Part shown: piece by piece, positions 9,201 to 14,953 of the stretch
Position numbering within the stretch: position 1 is the first letter of the stretch
How the letters are laid out: each line of letters starts with the position of its first letter
NCBI GenBank assembly: GCA_034722055.1
Contig: JAYENL010000244.1
Location: forward strand, 1 to 24,518
Origin: Armatimonadota bacterium
Lineage (GTDB): Bacteria; Armatimonadota; Zipacnadia; Zipacnadales; UBA5352
Direction of reading: 5' to 3'
Length of the DNA: 24,518 nt
Program-made: the position numbers and the translations under genes
The notes under the pieces: generated by a model
What the model was told of the DNA's origin: nothing
The model's database searches: none
The model's input: only the letters and a program-made list of their open reading frames with translations

Positions 9201-9642
9201 GCTCATCGAGCCCCACGGGGAACTCCTGCCACCGCCAGTGCAGATCATCCTCCTTTCGCCGCTTGGCGCCGGGCACGTCGCTGGTGGGATACTCGTGGAC
9301 GGTGCCGTTGACCACGATCTCGAAGCGCTCATCGAGGCCGTTCCAGTCCACGTCGGGGATGTTCCACGAGTAGTCCTGACACGCGAAGTAGACCAGCAGG
9401 CGGGCCTGCTGGGCGCGGTTGAAGACCGCCTGGGGCACGCCCGAGAGGTCCAGGTGCTTGCGGACGCGGTAATCGGGCTTCACCTGGTGGGAGGTGCCCA
9501 TCGAGGGGCCGGCCCAGGCGCCGTAATCGTCGTAGATCACGGTGACGCCCTCGGTGGGGTGCTCGACGCGCGGCCAGTCCTGAGCCTGCGCACAGAGGGG
9601 GAGAGCGATGCACGGGACCACGATGGCGATGCGGGAGAGCAT
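6205..9642 (-). CDS. Large secreted protein with a putative glycoside hydrolase-like TIM-barrel region (DUF6259-like)
   Basis: 1145 aa with signal peptide MLSRIAIVVPCIALPLCAQA. The motifs HPGDWHEAMGRY, WGGLPALRDYI, MCSDTRWW, GVRLDEYG and LTTE resemble the DUF6259 / clan-D-like barrel pattern (recognised by eye). Strong codon bias. Confidence 0.7.
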   Translation of the reverse strand: MLSRIAIVVPCIALPLCAQAQDWPRVEHPTEGVTVIYDDYGAWAGPSMGTSHQVKPDYRVRKHLDLSGVPQAVFNRAQQARLLVYFACQDYSWNIPDVDWNGLDERFEIVVNGTVHEYPTSDVPGAKRRKEDDLHWRWQEFPVGLDELVRGDNVFEFRKAAGDQPPLEDYIYVGIDNTESHGHSEYTEHEEPWRTDKLNTIDATGEYMVRLVLLEHEPTVESTWRPMAQPVPPIGYAQTTGEVTERGLQLRAGQTLTMELDPDAFDPSRDLTVYASATPVVLDAQGAELTLERLEGERPGVTVPAWSDPDVIRFSGPAEGATVIREVGFRYFRPYLASAPPVNMAPTISQPAGGPIRRAAQCQVLPGEVVLHDSLIECRLQTEPNLRMTSLHSQWLRRETLLEPERTHLFVVEIGDQRFGAEDFELRGLVPLQDQEGVTADLLLAEHALNARLTLALAAAGQLRFGLELINEGDAPAQFKLAFPQLGGLALSEDWSEDYYLFPAWGGIIADANTELRTAYGENSAWWQMIDLFSPSLGGGLALRGLDETGLYKCPAMRKGLRLVPEYSVTDIGRYMEPEMYWQSSLDPGPGTALTFEYLRRTREPGQSFAPPDALVEVHPGDWHEAMGRYAEWAHAVWDWRPHPSKLGDRWNIIATGWGQSPLYGEDGYRTDFFQEGRDVLEMMSWWEWSEVGPWHVPMDQLKEQLGEALYERYKSYWVINPATGKLEYPLNRGDYHYNEDWGGLPALRDYIQQHYDRGILPMFYMEGILCCATTDTGEQYGRQYGVMNPLWKDSYNTGQTPEGYVGSYASWNMCSDTRWWPEYLAETVARVCRDTGVGGVRLDEYGHRGYVCTSPHHEHLFAEPGHNAWLQAVSRACRLVHEAMDQVDPELVLTTEFPGYDHLARFLDGCIVYESMSHVRPIRPVPVNLFRFYFPECKVGDLDRGEGDSLDWQLFNAMARFGAPQPPAYYRILHESSDLFEVGERRPLIPTLHERVYANRLSSQSKQITLLYNARGFTVEEPLVAAEPREGWHFMELLRCQELAPVPTDGGQALALKLRDGDVACIAHLPRRLSVEAAGEELRASVTGEVEGLTLALSSADGATLAERPAAAEATISLPADADSPPACLKLLRDGRLIDAAPLP

Positions 9643-9761
9643 AAGGTCATCCGCCCCTTCATCCGGTCATCCGGCGACACCCGAGGTTTCGCTCGCCGGG
9701 GTGCGCGGTCCTTCACGGCGGGCCTCCCCGAGCGGCATGGGGCTACTTGCCGTATCTCGTC

Positions 9762-10086
9762 CGTGGCATGGGGACTCCTGCCCCGTGCGCTCTCTGTCTC
9801 GACCCCGTGTATCAATCTCCGCGTAGGTCGGGCCTGGCAGGACTGCTCAAAACGGCGCACGGACAGGAGTGTCCGCGCCACGGAAAGGCAAACAGCAGCG
9901 ACTCCGACAAACACAAACGGCGTCGGGCTGGAAGCCCGACCTACGCGGGGAAATGCCGGCCGGGAAACGCCTCCGGTCCGGAGGGCATGAGGGCCGGCTT
10001 CGTGGAGCCTGGCGGCCCTCCTCAGGACGGCCCCTCCGAGGGCGTTTGCCGTTCCGTTTGGAAAGGCCGGTCTCCGTTCCGGCCCG
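9762..10086. repeat. Intergenic cluster of REP-like palindromes of three types
   Basis: Inverted pairs 9762-9788/9857-9882 (GTGG foot) and 9819-9833/9934-9948 (GTAG foot, perfect 15 bp). GGAG-type copy at 9991-10037 and a degenerate partner at ~10060-10086. Confidence 0.75.
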
Positions 10087-10102
10087 GCCGTCGTGCCAGA
10101 GT

Positions 10103-11827
10103 CTACGACAGCTCCACCGTGGTTACCTCGCCGGCCGGGAGGTGCATCTGGCGCCACTGGCCGTCGTGCAGCGCCACCTCCAGCGTCAGAGGCTGGTCCG
10201 CGTCGCTGTAGAGGCGCACCTGGGCGGCGCCATCAGGGCGCAGCCGGACCAGGGAGGCGACCTGCTCGGGAAGGCCCGGCTCGCCATCGGCGTCGCGGAA
10301 GCGGACCGTGGGGCGCTCCTGGCAGAGGTCGCGGATCATGCCCGCCGCCAGCGGCAGGAAGGCGCCGGTGACGTTGCCGTAGCCGCCGTCGCGGCCGTGG
10401 CCGGACGCCACCGCGCCCGTGGTGGAGCCCGCGCAGCCGTGCCGGCGGCCGTCGCGCAGCGCCCTGCGGGCCAGGGCCACCCGCTGACCCACGGTCTGGA
10501 GCGCGTGGGCTGCCAGCTCCTCGTTGCCGAGAAGCTGCCAGGCCAGCATCAGCGTGGGCGGGGGCGGCGAGGAGGTGGGGCGGAGGGCGCCCATCCGATT
10601 CTCCGACGCCCAGCGCACCATGTCGCGGCGCTTGCCGATGCCCTCCACGGGCTGGGGGTTGAGGGTCTCGATGACCATGACCGGCGACTCCTGGCGCGTG
10701 CCCACGGCCGGGCGCTCCCCCACCAGCTCCTCGTAGCGCTGCGCGAACTCCTCCAGCCGATCCGCCGCGAAGGGGTTGTCGGCCAGGGAGCAGTAGAGGC
10801 GGACGGCAGCGAGGGCGTAGCCGCTCACGCGTGTCTGCTTCAGGAAGCGCAGCATGCCATCCAGGCCGCCGAGAGTCTCGTCGATGCCGGCGGTGAAGCG
10901 CTCGCGGATGGCGTCATCGAGTGAGGTGTCGCCGGTGGCGGTGCGGTAGCGGCTGAGCAGGGCGCCCGGCGGATTGGAGTAAGGGTCGCTGAGCGCGGGC
11001 AGCAGCGCCCGGCACAGCCGCCTGGCGGCGTCGGCGTAGACCTCATCGCCGGTGAGCGCGAACAGGTCCAGCATCACATCGATGGTGCCGGCCGGGATGT
11101 GAGGCTCGACGCGATCCAGCGCGGAGCCGCCATGGTGCTGAGCGCCGGTGGCGCGCCGGACCTCCTCCTCGTCAGCGGCGGACTCCCCCGAGCGAAGCAC
11201 CGTGGGGGGCTCGTCGGTGGGGGCATCGAGGATGGCCTGCGCCCAGCGTTCGCCGTAGCCCGCGGAGAGGTCCAGGTAGCGCTGCTCTCCGGTAATGCGG
11301 TGGGCCACGAGGGCGATCTGGATGAGCCGGAAGTGGTCGGGAACCTCGTAGCCGCAGGACTCCTCGGAGCCGATGCGCTCGGTGCCGATGCGCCAGCTCA
11401 GAAAGCGCCGGCGCTCCCAGTCATACCACTCCGGGAAGCCCTCCACCCAGTTGCCGATGTGGTGGGCGGCATCCACGATGAGCTCGCCGGTGTGGTCATC
11501 GGGCGCCGCCTGCCACAGGCGGCAGAGGAAGAAGGTGAAGATCTCGGTCTGGTGATGGGCCTCGCCCTGGCGGTAGAAGCCGTGGAGCATGTTCTCGCGC
11601 GCCCACCTCGCGAAGCCGTCGCGCAGGTGGCGTGCGAAATCGACCACGCGCTGGTCGCCGAAAAGCTGGTGGAAGCCGAACCAGGAGGCGATGAAGGTGC
11701 CCTCATCGTGGCCCCCCTGGTAGGGGATGTGCTGGTGGCGGTGCAGTGCGGCGTCGATCCAGGCCTGCATCTGGTCGCGAACAAGGAAGAAGCCCTCGGC
11801 CCACGGGGGCCGGCTGGTGTCAGTCAT
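10103..11827 (-). CDS. Hypothetical cytoplasmic protein, possibly alpha/alpha-barrel (six-hairpin glycosidase-like)
   Basis: 574 aa with good codon bias and no signal peptide. Repeated helical-hairpin motifs HQLFGDQRV, HRITGEQRYL, FALTGDEVYA, RTATGDTSL and QLLGNEEL. Confidence 0.7.
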   Translation of the reverse strand: MTDTSRPPWAEGFFLVRDQMQAWIDAALHRHQHIPYQGGHDEGTFIASWFGFHQLFGDQRVVDFARHLRDGFARWARENMLHGFYRQGEAHHQTEIFTFFLCRLWQAAPDDHTGELIVDAAHHIGNWVEGFPEWYDWERRRFLSWRIGTERIGSEESCGYEVPDHFRLIQIALVAHRITGEQRYLDLSAGYGERWAQAILDAPTDEPPTVLRSGESAADEEEVRRATGAQHHGGSALDRVEPHIPAGTIDVMLDLFALTGDEVYADAARRLCRALLPALSDPYSNPPGALLSRYRTATGDTSLDDAIRERFTAGIDETLGGLDGMLRFLKQTRVSGYALAAVRLYCSLADNPFAADRLEEFAQRYEELVGERPAVGTRQESPVMVIETLNPQPVEGIGKRRDMVRWASENRMGALRPTSSPPPPTLMLAWQLLGNEELAAHALQTVGQRVALARRALRDGRRHGCAGSTTGAVASGHGRDGGYGNVTGAFLPLAAGMIRDLCQERPTVRFRDADGEPGLPEQVASLVRLRPDGAAQVRLYSDADQPLTLEVALHDGQWRQMHLPAGEVTTVELS

Positions 11828-11895
11828 GGGGAATCACCGGGAAAGAGTTCGCCTGCGGGCGCGTGCGGTCCTTTGCGAGACACCACACGCGGCGG

Positions 11896-12828
11896 TCAGG
11901 AGCCGGTGACGACATCGCAGAGCTGCTCGGCGACGCCCTCGATGCCCGAGCGGAGGTGAAGCTGGCTCAGCCAGCGTGCGGGGACCGCCTCCCGGCCGTT
12001 GAAGGCGCCGGAGATGGCCCCGGCCATGCAGGCGCGGGTGTCGGTGTCGCCGCCGGCCACGATGGAGGAGACCAGCGCCTCCTTCAGATCCTCGGTGGTG
12101 CGCAGGAAGCAGTAGAAGGCGGTGGGCACGGTCTCGAAGGCGGCCCCGCCCAGGCGGAGCTGTGGCAGCGCCTTCAGCGGTGGCTCATCGGCCTCCAGCA
12201 GGCGGGCGCACTCGGAGAGGCCGTCGGAGACGCGGCAGGGCTCCAGGCGGTCGAGCACCTCCAGGATGATGGTCTCCGGGTCGAGCTGCCCGGCGGCGGC
12301 CCGCGCCACGACGTAGGCCATTGCGATGCCGCCGGCGATGGCCTCATCGTTGCGGTGGGTGATGATGCCGCAGGTGCGCACGTCCTCGTCCAGCCCCGCC
12401 AGGTCGCGGACGTGGAAGAGCCCGATGGGGGCGACGCGCATGGCGACGCCGTTGCCTGCGGCGTACTGTCCCTTCTCTCCCGCCTCGCGCCAGTCGGTGC
12501 CGCCCTGGATGCGCTTCATGGCGTGGTAGGTGGCGCGGCCGATGCCCCGTCCACCGGCCTCGAACCACGCCAGGTAGCGCCGGGCCAGGTCCTCACCGTC
12601 CACCTCGCCGCGGGCGGCCAGAGACTTGGCGGTGGCCACGAGCATGGAGGTGTCGTCGGTCCACTCGCCCATGGTCATGGAGGAGGGCTGGAAGCGGCCG
12701 TCGTAGTAGGCCTCGGCCAGGTCGCTGCCGCTGTAGCCCTCGTAGGCCGCACCCAGGCAGTCGCCGATCGCGGCCGCCAGCAGGCATCCCGTGAAGCGGG
12801 AGCGGATGTCCGGCTCGGAGTTGCTCAT
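11896..12828 (-). CDS. ADP-ribosylglycohydrolase (DraG/ARH family)
   Basis: GCLLAAAIGDCLG, metal-binding WTDDT, GNGVAMRVAPIG, ITH and GGDTDT motifs are all intact. ATG 12828 follows GAAGGTGG. Confidence 0.92.
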   Translation of the reverse strand: MSNSEPDIRSRFTGCLLAAAIGDCLGAAYEGYSGSDLAEAYYDGRFQPSSMTMGEWTDDTSMLVATAKSLAARGEVDGEDLARRYLAWFEAGGRGIGRATYHAMKRIQGGTDWREAGEKGQYAAGNGVAMRVAPIGLFHVRDLAGLDEDVRTCGIITHRNDEAIAGGIAMAYVVARAAAGQLDPETIILEVLDRLEPCRVSDGLSECARLLEADEPPLKALPQLRLGGAAFETVPTAFYCFLRTTEDLKEALVSSIVAGGDTDTRACMAGAISGAFNGREAVPARWLSQLHLRSGIEGVAEQLCDVVTGS

Positions 12829-12918
12829 GGGAAGACGGACCACCTTCGCTTAGGCGGCGGCACGCGAGAGACGGCGCTACGGTACACTATGCACCCCGTG
12901 GCCGGGCCGACGCAGTCC

Positions 12919-13440
12919 CTACCTATTCACCGCCACACCCAGAACATCCTCCAACTGCCCCAGGCCGATTTCGTGGGCCCCATCGTCGAGGGCGGCCACC
13001 CGCGAGGCGTCCACGGAGACGTCGAAGCCCCAACTGACGGCGTCAGCGGCGGTATAGAGCACGCAGATGTTGGTGCACACGCCGGTCAGCTCCAGCTCCC
13101 TGACGCCATTCTCCAGCAGCACCAGCAGAAGCTGGGTCTGGTGGAAGGCCGAGTAGCGGCGCTTGGGGAGCACGTAGTCCTCCTCGGCCGGCGCCAGCTC
13201 ATCGATGACCTGCGCGCCCTCGGTGCCCTGCACCGCGTGCGGGGGGTACTGGGCGAACTCCGGGTCGTCGGGGCGATGGCTGTCACACATGTAGATGACG
13301 GTCTCGCCGTCTCGTCTGGCCTGCTCGATGCGGCGGCGGATGGGCTCGATGATTTCGCCCACGCGGTCGCCGCAGGTCAGGGCCCCGTCCTCGCGCACGA
13401 AGTCGTTGAGCATGTCGATGACCACAAGGGCACTGCTCAT
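12919..13440 (-). CDS. pncA: Cysteine hydrolase (isochorismatase family), probable nicotinamidase
   Basis: ALVVIDMLNDF, metal ligands D-S-H and PPHA, catalytic K in KRRYSAF and C in GVCTNICV. Directly downstream of pncB. Confidence 0.85.
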   Translation of the reverse strand: MSSALVVIDMLNDFVREDGALTCGDRVGEIIEPIRRRIEQARRDGETVIYMCDSHRPDDPEFAQYPPHAVQGTEGAQVIDELAPAEEDYVLPKRRYSAFHQTQLLLVLLENGVRELELTGVCTNICVLYTAADAVSWGFDVSVDASRVAALDDGAHEIGLGQLEDVLGVAVNR

Positions 13441-13480
13441 GGTGCTCTCGCTCCTGTTCTGTGCGGCATGGGTCGGTGCG

Positions 13481-14674
13481 TCATCCCTCGATCCAGTCCA
13501 CGGCCTCCGGGTGGGCGCGCACCCAATGCTCCACCTGCTGGCGGCAGCGGGACTTGATCTCCTCCAGGGAGGGCAGCTCGGCGACGATCTCCCCCTGCTC
13601 GATGAGCGGCTGCAGGAGCATCTGTGTGCGCGCCCCGCAGCCGCAGATCTCGGAGACCCCGCGGCCCTCAGGGATGATGGTCCGGCTGCCGCAGGAGGGG
13701 CAGACAGCCACGTTCTTGGCGCCCGAGAGCTTGCCGCGCTTGGTGATGGGCTGGCCCTCGATCTGCACGATGTCCATGGCCAGGTTCACCGGAGGCGCGC
13801 CGGAGAGGGAGGTGCCGACGCCGTAGCCGGAGGCCCACTGATTGTACTTGGGGATGGAGTACTCGTCGAGGCCGCCGGAGAGGAAGAGGTCCACGTACTC
13901 GTAGCCGCGCAGGTCCAGCTCCCAGCGCACCTCGCGCAGCAGCTCCCGCCAGTCGCCGCGGCGGCTGCCGGGGGTGTCGATGCGGACGGCGTCGAGGCGC
14001 TCGCCCAGGGTCTCCGCCGCCTCGATGGAGGCGAACTTCTCGTCGTTGAAGGTGTCCACCAGCGCCACGCGGGGGATGTCGTCCTCCAGCACGTCATCGT
14101 ACCAGCGGAGGGCGGTGGCGAGGTCGCCGGCGACGAGGATGAGGGCGTGGGGCATGGTGCCGGAGGGCTCCAGGCCCAGCATCTCGGCGGTCCTGACCAC
14201 GGCCACGCCATCGCAGCCGCCGATGTAGCACGAGCGGCCGATGGTGGGCGCCAGGGCCGGATGTGCGCGGCGGGCGCCGAAGCTGATGACGGTGCGGTCC
14301 TGGGCGGCCACGCGCACGCGGGTGGCGCGGCTGGCGATGCCGGAGGCCTGGCAGAGCAGCCCCAGGACCGCCGTCTCCATCTCCGCGAAGGCGGCGTAGT
14401 CGCCGGTGATGCGCGTGACGGGCTCGCGGCAGAGAAAGAGACTCCCCTCCGGGGCGCAGCGCACGTCGATGGGCAGGCCCTCCAGCGCCGCGGCCACCTC
14501 CTCGACGCCCACCAGCACGCCCCACGTCCAGCCGTCGGGCAGGGAGGTACAGTGGATCTCGGCGACAACGTGCCTGGAGGCGTCTTTCTCCTCCAGGATC
14601 CGCCTGGTACGGGTGAAGTAGACGTCGGTGACCTTGCCCTCGCGGATGTCCTCAAGCGACGCGGTGTAGAGCAC
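13481..14674 (-). CDS. pncB: Nicotinate phosphoribosyltransferase (short, archaeal-like type)
   Basis: TDVYF, SFGARRAHP, GTMPHAL, ALVDTF, VRIDTP, SGGLDE, YGVGT and KRGKLSG motifs. GTG start after GAGGTGG. Confidence 0.92.
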   Translation of the reverse strand: MLYTASLEDIREGKVTDVYFTRTRRILEEKDASRHVVAEIHCTSLPDGWTWGVLVGVEEVAAALEGLPIDVRCAPEGSLFLCREPVTRITGDYAAFAEMETAVLGLLCQASGIASRATRVRVAAQDRTVISFGARRAHPALAPTIGRSCYIGGCDGVAVVRTAEMLGLEPSGTMPHALILVAGDLATALRWYDDVLEDDIPRVALVDTFNDEKFASIEAAETLGERLDAVRIDTPGSRRGDWRELLREVRWELDLRGYEYVDLFLSGGLDEYSIPKYNQWASGYGVGTSLSGAPPVNLAMDIVQIEGQPITKRGKLSGAKNVAVCPSCGSRTIIPEGRGVSEICGCGARTQMLLQPLIEQGEIVAELPSLEEIKSRCRQQVEHWVRAHPEAVDWIEG

Positions 14675-14851
14675 GTTCCCACCTCAGTGCAGCGCGGCCC
14701 GCCCGCCCCGCGGCCCGCAGTGGTCTCGCAGCCTCTTGCAGAGGCCCCCACGGCGGGGGACCGTCCTGCAAGGACAAGACTTCGCGCCCAGCAGGAGTTG
14801 TCCTTCCGGGATAGCAGTGGGGCGAGGTCTGCACCGACAGCGTCCGTCCGT

Positions 14852-14903
14852 GAGTCGTTGCCGTCCGGAGCGGCCGGGCTTCAGCCCGGCCGAGTCGTTG
14901 CCG
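14852..14903. repeat. GGAG-footed REP-like perfect hairpin flanked by a 12-bp direct repeat; may act as terminator or stabiliser for the upstream - strand gene
   Basis: GGAG-CGGCCGGGCT-TC-AGCCCGGCCG at 14867-14892. GAGTCGTTGCCG occurs at 14852-14863 and 14892-14903. Confidence 0.65.
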
Positions 14904-14953
14904 AAGGGCTGAGATGAGACGCCAAGCTCACCGCCGGCCCCGCGGTTCCCGGC

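Noticed and set aside
7714..9990. Long antisense ORFs (e.g. 7714..9990, 21055..23508, 11746..13557, 439..1584, 4015..5517)
   Set aside because: Shadow frames opposite well-supported genes, expected in high-GC DNA where stop codons are rare.
12881..12895. Imperfect palindrome GGTACACTATGCACC as an NrtR-type operator
   Set aside because: Short, does not fit the GT-N7-AC spacing, and no regulator gene is nearby.
14675..14835. Cobalamin or known NAD+ riboswitch upstream of pncB
   Set aside because: Only short words match (CCACUG, GGAAGG, ACAAC). The order and remaining conserved cores are missing, so it is kept only as an unassigned candidate.
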